Below are positions 29,982-38,095 of a stretch of 64,000 nt of DNA, in pieces. Within the stretch, counting starts at the first letter, position 1. Each line of letters opens with the position of its first letter. The notes below the pieces were generated by a model. It saw only the letters and a list, made by a program, of their open reading frames with translations. It ran no database searches and had not been told where the DNA came from. Made by a program: the position numbers and the translations under genes. The DNA lies in assembly GCA_964642835.1 (NCBI GenBank), contig CAZXQA010000002.1, positions 11,875 to 75,874 on the forward strand, read 5' to 3'. The stretch is from an uncultured Candidatus Saccharibacteria bacterium. GTDB lineage: Bacteria > Patescibacteriota > Minisyncoccia > Phycocordibacterales > Zambryskibacteraceae.

Positions 29982-30383
29982 TTACTCCGTCGTCACGCCA
30001 TCGAACTCGGCTTCGTTCGAGACAGCTTCTTCGCGAGTGGCGCGCACAATGCCGTCAGCGTGATGAGCTGGTGAGTAGATCGTGTAGAACTTGAGATCTT
30101 CGGTCGCCGACGTGTTCACCACATTGTGCTCGGCTCCTCTCGGCACGATTACCGCATCCCCGTCACCCACCTGGTACGTGGTAAGGTCGATCATCACTTC
30201 TCCGGTCCCGGCTTCGAAGCGGAAGAACTGGTCATTGTCTTCGTGCACCTCCGCGCCAATCTCCTCTCCTGGCTTTAGCGACATGAGCACGAGTTGCGAA
30301 CGCTCGCCAGTGTAGAGCACGTGGCGGAAGTCTGTATTCTCCTTCGTCAACTTTTCAATATTGTCTTTGTATCCTTTTTTCAT
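29982..30383 (-). CDS. Cupin domain protein
   Basis: QLVLMSL.PGEEIG.EVH, DQFFRFE.G, VP.GA.HNV. Confidence 0.92.
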   Translation of the reverse strand: MKKGYKDNIEKLTKENTDFRHVLYTGERSQLVLMSLKPGEEIGAEVHEDNDQFFRFEAGTGEVMIDLTTYQVGDGDAVIVPRGAEHNVVNTSATEDLKFYTIYSPAHHADGIVRATREEAVSNEAEFDGVTTE

Positions 30384-30420
30384 GATGTAGCGAAATTATG
30401 TAGACACCTCCTCAATAATA

Positions 30421-32163
30421 CTACGATCTCTCTCCAATCTGCTGCCTCCACATCGCGTAGTAAAGGCCCTTCTTCTCGAGGAGTTCCTCGTGGGCTCCCA
30501 TTTCCGCCACCTCTCCTTTCTCCAAGACGTAGATCCGATCGGCGTGCATGATCGTCGAGAGACGGTGCGCGATGAGAACGGTAATGTGCGCGTGAAGCGT
30601 CGAGATATCGCGGACGGTCTTCCCTATTTCCGCTTCGGTAATGGAGTCGAGCGCGCTCGTCGCTTCGTCAAAGATAAGGATGTTCGGCTTGCGAAGCAGG
30701 GCGCGCGCGATCGAGAGACGCTGCTTCTCCCCACCAGAAACTTTCACTCCTCCCTCCCCGATCACGGTATCAAGCCCCTTACCACCACGCTCCAAGAGAC
30801 TCTGGCACTGTGCCTTGTTGAGCGCGTCGAGGCACTCGCTGTCGGTCGCGGCAGAGTTAACGAAGAGAAGGTTCTCACGAATTGTTCCGGAGAAGAGCTG
30901 AGTATCCTGCGTCACAAAGCCGATCTGAGAACGAAGCTCTTCTTTGTCGATCTCCGTGTACGGCATGCCGTTGTAGAGAATCGTGCCTCCTGTCGGCTCA
31001 TAGAGTCCGACGAGGAGCTTCACGAGCGAGGTCTTCCCAGAGCCAGACGGACCAACAAAGGCGATCGTCTCGCCGCGAGAAGCTTCGTACGAGATCCCAG
31101 AGAGAGCCTGAGTGGTGGCCGAGCGATAGCCGAAGGAGACATCTTTGAACGCGAGCGTCGTTACGGGCCCAAGCGTCTGTGGCGCCACGGCCTTCGGCTC
31201 AGCCGGAGTGTTCATGAGCTTCGAGTAGTTCGCGAGCGAGGCTTCGGCCTGGCGGTAAGTGCCAATGAAGCTTGTGATCTGCGACATCGGGAAGAAAAGC
31301 CAGAAGGAGTAAATGTTGAGTGAAAGATACTGACCGAAGGTAATCCGCTCGGTAAAGATGAGGTAGAAGAGGAAGAAGTAGAGACCGGCTCGGATAAAGT
31401 TTGTGACCGTTCCCTGCACGAAGTCGAGCATGCGCAGATATCTCAGCTTCTTCAACTCAAGCGCCAAGATCTTCTCCGTCACGGCGTTCAAACGATCCAC
31501 TTCCTGTGTCGCAAGACCAAGCGCCTTCACAAGCTCAATATTCCGCAAGGATTCCGTCGTCGCGCCGGCCAAGGCCGTTGTCTCGGCCACGATGGTCTGC
31601 TGGATAACCTTAATCTTTCTCGAGAAGACGAGCGTGATGGTGCTCACGATCGTGATCATGGCGATAAAGATAAGCGGGATCACCCAATACACCGATGCGG
31701 CATAGACCAAGACAAAGGCGAGAATAATAACCGACATGAACACGACGTTGATCGTGTCCGAGATAAGCTTCTCGGTATCCTGGCGAGCCTTCTGCAATTT
31801 CCCAAGCGTCTCCCCGCTCCGCTCATCCTCGAAGGTGGCGTACGGCAAGTCGAGTGAGTGGCGAACACCCTCGCGGTACATATCGGCGCCGGAGCGCTGG
31901 CTTACCGTGTTGAGGAAATAATCCTGGAAGTTCTTGGCAATGCGAGACACGAAGGCGTTGCCAATGAAGAGGAGGAGTAAGAGTCCGGTCCCTCGGAAAA
32001 ACGTGGCGCGAGAAATCTCGTGGAAGCGGAGCGCGTACTCGTCAATGACGCGCTGGAAGATGATTGGCTCGAGAAGCGAGAATACGTTGTTCACCGCCGC
32101 CAATACCAAGACTAAAGCACACAGCTTCCAATATTTCTTGAGATAGGTAAATAAAATTTTCAT
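30421..32163 (-). CDS. ABC exporter, fused permease/ATPase
   Basis: TM domain plus GPSGSGKT, VSGGEKQR, FDEATSALD, IAHRLST. Confidence 0.95.
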   Translation of the reverse strand: MKILFTYLKKYWKLCALVLVLAAVNNVFSLLEPIIFQRVIDEYALRFHEISRATFFRGTGLLLLLFIGNAFVSRIAKNFQDYFLNTVSQRSGADMYREGVRHSLDLPYATFEDERSGETLGKLQKARQDTEKLISDTINVVFMSVIILAFVLVYAASVYWVIPLIFIAMITIVSTITLVFSRKIKVIQQTIVAETTALAGATTESLRNIELVKALGLATQEVDRLNAVTEKILALELKKLRYLRMLDFVQGTVTNFIRAGLYFFLFYLIFTERITFGQYLSLNIYSFWLFFPMSQITSFIGTYRQAEASLANYSKLMNTPAEPKAVAPQTLGPVTTLAFKDVSFGYRSATTQALSGISYEASRGETIAFVGPSGSGKTSLVKLLVGLYEPTGGTILYNGMPYTEIDKEELRSQIGFVTQDTQLFSGTIRENLLFVNSAATDSECLDALNKAQCQSLLERGGKGLDTVIGEGGVKVSGGEKQRLSIARALLRKPNILIFDEATSALDSITEAEIGKTVRDISTLHAHITVLIAHRLSTIMHADRIYVLEKGEVAEMGAHEELLEKKGLYYAMWRQQIGERS

Positions 32164-32190
32164 AAGAAAATCTACTATACTACAAACCCT

Positions 32191-32589
32191 TTAGACGAGT
32201 TCACCGCAGTAGGCGCAGCGCTTGGCCTCACGCGGAATCTCCGAGAGACACTCAGGGCACTTCTTGGTAGCAGGGTCAGCCGGCGCCTCTTTATGCGAAC
32301 GGGCGATAAGAAGATTCATCGGTTTAATCACGAAGAAAAAGACCGTGCCCGTGACGAGGAGGAAGGAGATGAGCGCGTTCAAGAAGTGACCGTAGAGGAA
32401 TTCACTTCCGTTCAGGCTGAAGGTAAGCGCGCTGAAGTCAGGAAGCTTGGCAACCGCCGAGATAAACGGGGTGAGAATGTCTGAGACAAGAGCGGTAACA
32501 ACGGTACCGAAAGCCGCTCCCACCATGACACCCACCGCGAGATCTACCACGTTCCCCCGGAGGAGAAATTGTTTGAATTCTTTAAGCAT
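32191..32589 (-). CDS. mscL: Large-conductance mechanosensitive channel with C-terminal zinc ribbon
   Basis: EFK.FLLRGNVVDLAVGV; CPEC...CAYC tail; start at ATG 32589. Confidence 0.93.
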   Translation of the reverse strand: MLKEFKQFLLRGNVVDLAVGVMVGAAFGTVVTALVSDILTPFISAVAKLPDFSALTFSLNGSEFLYGHFLNALISFLLVTGTVFFFVIKPMNLLIARSHKEAPADPATKKCPECLSEIPREAKRCAYCGELV

Positions 32590-32635
32590 ACGACTATGGT
32601 ACACCAAATAAACGCAGGAGGAGGCAACATGCGTC

Positions 32636-33097
32636 CTAGATCGAAGGCGTGAGCTTCGCCTTGGCGAAGCCGACCGAGAAGGCGCGGCACCAAATCCACA
32701 CTTCGTTGTAGTCGAGGAGATTCACTCCCGCGGGCACTTCGTAGTTCTGGGAACCGAGGTTGCCCTTTAGTTTCCCCACTTCCGTCCCCTTCGCATACGC
32801 ACCATCCTTCCCTAACCCCACATAGAGATCCGGGCCGTTGGCAACGGCGAAGTTGTCTTCCAGCCGAATAATATATTTCTCTCCCACTTGAATAACGCTC
32901 ACGTTACCAGAACCCGTGTGAACTGCATCGAACCCTGTAAACAATCCTCGAAGCGCGAGCACGGGCTGCACTCCCTCTGACTCAGCGGTGAGATTAAATT
33001 CTTCAGAAACGCGCTTATCGATAAAGAGCGGCGAAATCGTCCAGTAACCGAACCCGAGAGCTAGAATGACAACGACTCCGATGATAAGTTTTTTCAT
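32636..33097 (-). CDS. DM13 domain protein
   Basis: H.GSG, NGPDLYV, LKGN.GSQNY, V.IWCRAF.V.F. Confidence 0.9.
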   Translation of the reverse strand: MKKLIIGVVVILALGFGYWTISPLFIDKRVSEEFNLTAESEGVQPVLALRGLFTGFDAVHTGSGNVSVIQVGEKYIIRLEDNFAVANGPDLYVGLGKDGAYAKGTEVGKLKGNLGSQNYEVPAGVNLLDYNEVWIWCRAFSVGFAKAKLTPSI

Positions 33098-33169
33098 AAG
33101 TAGAAAATTAATCTAGATGGCTTCTCAAATGTATACCTAGAAGGGGTTAAAGAGAAGCCGGATTTTATA
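33098..33169 (+). repeat. Degenerate cassette junction repeat (distal copy)
   Basis: AGTAGAAAATTAATCTAG...GTATACCTAGAAGGGGTTAAAGAGAAGCCGGATTTTAT; has indels relative to the other copies. Confidence 0.8.
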
Positions 33170-33177
33170 AAACTTGC

Positions 33178-33699
33178 CTACTTAGCTAAATCCAACACGT
33201 TTGCCAAAACGCTCTCAATATCTTGATTCGCATCCACCACCAATGCACCCTGCTCCACCAAGCTTCTTTCTATCTTCTCTTTTCTTTCAAGAATATAGTC
33301 CTGAACTTCTGGAGATTTACCGAACCCATTATCGGTTCGAGCAAGTAATCTGCTGCGGACATTCTCTGGGCTCGCAACTAACAAAATTACTTTGCTAAAC
33401 AATGAGACTATTTCTTCTAAGTTATTCGGAGCTCCACAATAGAAAACTAATTCATTCTCCTGATTAGCAATAATCTCTTTGAGCTTATCCTTTTTATACA
33501 GCCAATACATCTTCTGGATTTTCTCCAGATCATTGTTGTTGTCATAGGGTGTAGGAAGTCCTGTCTTTTTATCCACCATGACACACAAATCTTCCACTCC
33601 ATCCATATCACGAGTTTCGTAACCTAAAGCTTTGAGTCTGCGGCTTACTTCGGACTTACCTGAGCCGCTAACTCCTGCAATAAGAATTGATTGCTTCAT
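33178..33699 (-). CDS. P-loop kinase-like protein (cassette 1)
   Basis: ILIAGVSGSGKS Walker A; RL..R..N.FGK. Confidence 0.8.
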   Translation of the reverse strand: MKQSILIAGVSGSGKSEVSRRLKALGYETRDMDGVEDLCVMVDKKTGLPTPYDNNNDLEKIQKMYWLYKKDKLKEIIANQENELVFYCGAPNNLEEIVSLFSKVILLVASPENVRSRLLARTDNGFGKSPEVQDYILERKEKIERSLVEQGALVVDANQDIESVLANVLDLAK

Positions 33700-33703
33700 G
33701 CAG

Positions 33704-33810
33704 AAACTATACCAGAATAAGAATCGTTGGGGCCAGAGTAGGAAAATTATTCTGAGGGTGTTTTCAGATAGAGTATACCTGGAAGGGGTTAAAGAGAAGC
33801 TGGATTTTAT
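33704..33810 (+). repeat. Cassette junction repeat (short form)
   Basis: AAACTATACCAGAATAAGAATCGTTGGGGC|CAGAGTAGGAAAATTATTCTG...CTGGATTTTAT. Confidence 0.92.
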
Positions 33811-34361
33811 CTCATCATTTCAACTAATCCCTCTAAACAAGGAGGTAACTGTGTCCATCCACTAGACCCGTTAAGATGCCTGCCATTTGGCACAAGAACC
33901 AACTCACCCCCCAATTCCCTTGAAAGGGTTCCGGCGTTAGACACTGGAACATTTGGATCATTGTCTCCGTGGATAATCAGAAACTTACCGCATTTTGTCT
34001 TAGCTTTTTGATAATCAAAAGGAGTTTCAAGGAACGTATCAATCTTCCTATTGTTATTCTTCTCACTGGGACCGGACACAAGCACAACCCCAGCGATATT
34101 CCTTGATTCTTCGGACTCCAAATAACGCAGAATTGCTGGGACACCCAAGCTGTGTCCTACGAGATAGATCTCATCTTCCGTATTCATATCTGCCACTCTT
34201 CTGATTTCATTTACCCAATCATTGCAAATAGGTTGAGATGGGTTGGGCATTGGTAAGGCACAAGCATAGACATCGTGCTTCTCAAGCTCTCCCATCAACC
34301 AAGGTCTCCATCCACCATTTGGGCTTCCTTCAAATCCGTGAATTATAAAAACTTTTTTCAT
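33807..34361 (-). CDS. RBBP9/YdeN family alpha/beta hydrolase (cassette 2)
   Basis: FIIHG...P...W.PWL, VGHSLG, HGDNDP.V, G.HLN. Confidence 0.9.
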   Translation of the reverse strand: MKKVFIIHGFEGSPNGGWRPWLMGELEKHDVYACALPMPNPSQPICNDWVNEIRRVADMNTEDEIYLVGHSLGVPAILRYLESEESRNIAGVVLVSGPSEKNNNRKIDTFLETPFDYQKAKTKCGKFLIIHGDNDPNVPVSNAGTLSRELGGELVLVPNGRHLNGSSGWTQLPPCLEGLVEMMR

Positions 34362-34474
34362 TTCAATACTTTAATAATACCTTTAATTGCTTCGAGTTTA
34401 TTGTCTGGATTCTTAAACCGCCAAAGATACTCTTCCAAATGAGCTGCGACACTCGGCTTATCCTTATATGGTAA
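34358..34474 (-). pseudogene. Start-less 3' fragment of an upstream gene
   Basis: Open frame LPYKDKPSVAAHLEEYLWRFKNPDNKLEAIKGIIKVLK* whose TGA overlaps the hydrolase ATG (ATGA). Confidence 0.5.
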
Positions 34475-34476
34475 CG

Positions 34477-34611
34477 ACTATACCAGAATAAGCCACTCAC
34501 CTACCCCTTCAAGAACCTTATTCTGAACTGGGGCCAGAACAGGAAAATTATTCTGGAGGTGTTTTCGGATAGGGTTTATTTGGAGAGTCTGAGGGAAAAG
34601 CTCGATTTTAT
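34477..34611 (+). repeat. Cassette junction repeat (long form)
   Basis: ACTATACCAGAATAAG...CCTTATTCTGAACTGGGGC|CAGAACAGGAAAATTATTCTG...GATTTTAT. Confidence 0.92.
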
Positions 34612-34613
34612 AG

Positions 34614-35255
34614 CTAAAGCAGCTCCTTAAGTTCAATAAGATTATTCACTTTCTTCCACGCAACCTTTTCCAACTCAACCGCCTCAAACTCCGTTCTTAC
34701 AGCAACACCATTGCTGGTGAGACTAAACAGACCAATATCGTTAGAGCTGTCCCCCACTGGCACACATTCATTTATATTGAGCCCGTGTTTTTCTCTAAAC
34801 TGATTGAATAATTCAATCTTCTTCTCCTTATCACCAGTTACGGTTATAACGTCAGTCAAATTATCTTTTTCATCCCAGACCAATGTCGATATTGCATACC
34901 AATCTGGTATACCAAGCTCTTCTCCTACAAGTTGAGCGTAAAGATCGAAGGAGCCGGTAATCATACAAAGTTTATATCCTTTTTCTTTTAGGTAAGAGAT
35001 TATTTCCTTTGCATCCTCCCTGATGGGAATCTCTTTAAGAATCTTTGTTATATCTTTTTTATTCGCCTTGCCTTCCTTAGACCAGTTTTCAAGACAAAGT
35101 TTATTAGATTCTTGAAGAGTCAACTCTCCCCTTTTCCATCTACCATAAATTTCATCATGGACTTCTATGGATCCGCCTAATCCCAAAGTAAACCTATTCC
35201 AAGAAATATCCCGAGTAAGAGTCCCGTCTATATCAAAAACTACAGCTTTAAACAT
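34614..35255 (-). CDS. HAD-IB phosphatase, SerB-like (cassette 3)
   Basis: FDIDGTL, ITGS, K, VGDSSND. Confidence 0.9.
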   Translation of the reverse strand: MFKAVVFDIDGTLTRDISWNRFTLGLGGSIEVHDEIYGRWKRGELTLQESNKLCLENWSKEGKANKKDITKILKEIPIREDAKEIISYLKEKGYKLCMITGSFDLYAQLVGEELGIPDWYAISTLVWDEKDNLTDVITVTGDKEKKIELFNQFREKHGLNINECVPVGDSSNDIGLFSLTSNGVAVRTEFEAVELEKVAWKKVNNLIELKELL

Positions 35256-35259
35256 ATTA

Positions 35260-35508
35260 AAACTATACCAGAATAAGAATCGTTGGGGCGACTATCGGGA
35301 TTCGGTCACGGATAATTTCTTGCTAGAAATTTCCGCTACCCCCCGCTCGGCCCGTCGGCCTCCGCACTTCGAATCCCGTAGACGTGAATAGAAAAAGCCG
35401 CCACACGGGCGGGCCTTTTCTATTCATGGGCCAGAGTAGGAAAACTATTCTGGATGTCTTCTCAGATAGAGTATACCTTGAGGGTGTCAAAGAGAAGCTG
35501 GATTTTAT
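35260..35508 (+). repeat. Junction repeat split by a tRNA-His-like mini-element
   Basis: Left arm ends TGGGGC at 35289, then ~140 bp insert beginning GACTATCGGGATTCG, then ATGGGC|CAGAGTAGG right arm from 35426. Confidence 0.88.
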
Positions 35509-35510
35509 TG

Positions 35511-36389
35511 CTAACTTTGCAGCTTAGTTTGTTGCCAAGTGATATGAGGCAAAGCAGCTGCCAACATAATCAAACTGCCGCCGACAGCAATTTGAATAGT
35601 AAGGGCTTCTTTGAAGATAAGGATGCCGAAGATAACCGCAAATACCACTTCAAGCAATGACAACAAACCTCCAACACTCGCTTCGATGTATTTATAACCT
35701 TCTATAGCAAGCCAGAATCCAAGTAGACTCACTACTGCATAAATAACCAGATACAGCCAAGTAATATTCAATACTGGCCAATGTTGCATCTCTCCTAAAG
35801 CAACTGACGCCACAGCATTTGTAATGGCGATTATGATCCAACTGAGCCATGTAATATATAAGGGAGAATAAGACCCGGTTAGTTTCTTTGAAGAAGACAA
35901 TTCAAGTCCACTCGCCAATCCATTAAGAAGAGCCATGGAAGCTGCAAGAAGCGTAAACGCCGTCAAAGAGAACGAGAAGGTGATATAAAGCCCTAAGCAG
36001 GCAAGAAGAAAAGCGAATAGCTTTATTCTTGTCACCCGCTCTCCGAGAAATATAAAGCCAAAGGAATACATCATGATAATCATGCCGACAAAGAACAAGA
36101 GAGTGGCGGTACCAATGTCCATATGATTAAACGCATAGTAGATAGGGGCCTGAGTAAGTGAAGTAGAGACAAGGAACACCGACATCCATTTCCAATCCTC
36201 TCTCTTTATTGAAACAATTTGTTTCTTGTATAAAACAATTGGCAAAAGAAGAACTGCAATTAAAAGAGTTCTCGTCCAACCTTGATAGAAAACACCAAAA
36301 CTATCCCCCATTAGTCGAGACCAGACTCCATAACTTCCAAACATAAGAGTGGAAACAAGAAGAAAACCTATTCCCTTTGAAACTTTCAT
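35511..36389 (-). CDS. DMT/EamA family transporter (cassette 4)
   Basis: 292 aa, ~10 TM, FLGERVT and EVVFAVIFG.LIFKE motifs. Confidence 0.9.
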   Translation of the reverse strand: MKVSKGIGFLLVSTLMFGSYGVWSRLMGDSFGVFYQGWTRTLLIAVLLLPIVLYKKQIVSIKREDWKWMSVFLVSTSLTQAPIYYAFNHMDIGTATLLFFVGMIIMMYSFGFIFLGERVTRIKLFAFLLACLGLYITFSFSLTAFTLLAASMALLNGLASGLELSSSKKLTGSYSPLYITWLSWIIIAITNAVASVALGEMQHWPVLNITWLYLVIYAVVSLLGFWLAIEGYKYIEASVGGLLSLLEVVFAVIFGILIFKEALTIQIAVGGSLIMLAAALPHITWQQTKLQS

Positions 36390-36393
36390 ATTA

Positions 36394-36698
36394 AAACTAT
36401 ACCAGAATAAGCATCCTTCCCTACCCCTTCGAAAACCTTATTCTGAATTGGGGCGACTAGAGAGACGCTACGCTATCGAACTCCTCGGAAACCCACGGTT
36501 TTCCGAATCCTTCCTCCACGGGGAACTCCCGTTCCCCGACCCCCTCCCCGTTCGATTCTCTCCAGGGCCGGAGTGAAAATAAAAAGACCCACGCGAGGCG
36601 GATCTTTTTATTTTCATGGGCCAGAGTAGGAAAATTATTCTGGAGGTGTTTTCGGATAGAGTGTACCTAGAAGGGGTTAAAGAAAAGCTGGATTTTAT
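36394..36698 (+). repeat. Junction repeat (long form) split by a tRNA-His 3'-end mini-element
   Basis: GGGCGACTAGAGAGA (36451-36465) is identical to 38751-38765; right arm resumes at ATGGGC 36616. Confidence 0.9.
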
Positions 36699-36700
36699 CT

Positions 36701-37231
36701 CTAACTTTCAGCTTTCTTCACCATCTCCATCTCGGTAAAGATAGCCCCACTTTTCATTCTAAACCGCTCGTCTTGGAACCTCCTGCCCGTATCTGTAAAT
36801 CCAATATTCTTATAGAAGTTAATGGCCCCTTGATTGTAATCAACAACTTCCACATATGTATCTTTTGTATGGTCAGTGAATTCTATCGCTTTTGACCAGA
36901 GCAGTTTACCAACGCCCTTACCTTGAAAATCAGGGAGGACATAGATTGCCTGAAGCTGGTTTCTATCTTCTTTCTTAATTACACGACACACCCCAATTAC
37001 TTCACCGCTATTTTTAGCCACCAATAAAATCTCATCCTCCTTTGACTCTAGAATTTGTTTACGTTGCTTTTCCACACCCCCTTCTTCCCTCTTCTTATTA
37101 ATCCTCTCTTGAATATCCTCAAGATAAATGCCCTTTTCTTCGTTTGGGTAAGTAGCGAGCCAAGTTATATCAAAAACATTCCGAATTCCTTCAGCATCTT
37201 CCGGCTTTGGTTTTTCAATAACAAAATCCAT
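36701..37231 (-). CDS. GNAT family acetyltransferase (cassette 5)
   Basis: IYVLPDFQGKGVGK, N..AI.FY...GF. Confidence 0.92.
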   Translation of the reverse strand: MDFVIEKPKPEDAEGIRNVFDITWLATYPNEEKGIYLEDIQERINKKREEGGVEKQRKQILESKEDEILLVAKNSGEVIGVCRVIKKEDRNQLQAIYVLPDFQGKGVGKLLWSKAIEFTDHTKDTYVEVVDYNQGAINFYKNIGFTDTGRRFQDERFRMKSGAIFTEMEMVKKAES

Positions 37232-37236
37232 TACTC

Positions 37237-37374
37237 AAACTATATCAGAATAAGCATCCTTCTTTACCCCTTCGAGAACCTTATTCTGAATTGGGGCCAG
37301 AGTAGGAAAATTATTCTGGAAGTATTCTCAGATAGAGTATACCTGGAGGGGGTTAAAGAAAAGCTGGATTTTAT
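37237..37374 (+). repeat. Cassette junction repeat (long form)
   Basis: AAACTATATCAGAATAAG...CCTTATTCTGAATTGGGGC|CAGAGTAGGAAAATTATTCTG...GATTTTAT. Confidence 0.92.
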
Positions 37375-37388
37375 TGCTAACTTCCCAA

Positions 37389-37949
37389 TCACTTATCTTG
37401 CCCGGTCCTAAATTTAAGATTTGGTGGGGTAACCTTACTTTGACCACCACCATATTGACTTTGAATCTTTTGAACTACCGGGTCTTTTAACTCCGCAAAT
37501 ACCATCATCGCAATAGGGTCCTTGAATTTAAGTTTGACTCTAAAGTTGCCTACATTTTTTATTTCAAGCACAACAACGTGAGGCATTTCAAATGTCCCAT
37601 CTGCAATAGAAGCAGTGATGTGAGTCGTTATGCCTAAACGAGCAACAGTGCTTCTACCATCTAAAATTGCCAAGATATTTGGCGGAGTTTGTATGGCTTC
37701 ATAAGTTGCTCCAAGAATAAACTGATTTGGTTCAAGATAAAATTCTTCTTTAGTAAGGTCAATTTCCTTATACTTGAGCTCTTGTGCCCCTCCAATCTCA
37801 ACTGTTTGATTTGGTTCAGGAACAAGAATTTCTTTTGCCAAATGAATGCGAAGTCCGACTGGCCTGATATTTTTCTTATCAAATTCTGGCTTGATAATTA
37901 TCTGTCCTTCGTCTATGAGTTTCTCAATTGTTTGGTGTGATAAAAACAT
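37389..37949 (-). CDS. dcd: dCTP deaminase family protein (cassette 6)
   Basis: L.PNQFILGATYE, GRSTVARLGI..H.TA, LEIKNVG; the usual DPGF motif reads DGTF. Confidence 0.82.
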   Translation of the reverse strand: MFLSHQTIEKLIDEGQIIIKPEFDKKNIRPVGLRIHLAKEILVPEPNQTVEIGGAQELKYKEIDLTKEEFYLEPNQFILGATYEAIQTPPNILAILDGRSTVARLGITTHITASIADGTFEMPHVVVLEIKNVGNFRVKLKFKDPIAMMVFAELKDPVVQKIQSQYGGGQSKVTPPNLKFRTGQDK

Positions 37950-37964
37950 ACGTTAAGTATAAGT

Positions 37965-38089
37965 CAGAATAAGAACCTATTCCTACTCCTTCAGATAAAT
38001 TATTCGTTGGGCCAGAGTAGGAAAATTATTCTGGAGGTGTTTAGTGATAGGGTTTATTTGGAGAGCGTGGCGGAAAAACTCGATTTTAT
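37965..38089 (+). repeat. Cassette junction repeat (long form variant)
   Basis: CAGAATAAGAACC...TTATTCGTTGGGC|CAGAGTAGGAAAATTATTCTG...CTCGATTTTAT. Confidence 0.9.
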
Positions 38090-38095
38090 AGGTAA

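Noticed and set aside
36449-36562. Additional or intron-containing tRNA-His gene
   Set aside because: Only T-arm and acceptor 3' fragments are present; there is no D arm or anticodon arm.
37055-37411. 118 aa + strand ORF ending in the junction peptide as the missing recombinase
   Set aside because: The upstream part is antisense to the GNAT gene, has no recombinase motifs, and is not shared with other copies.
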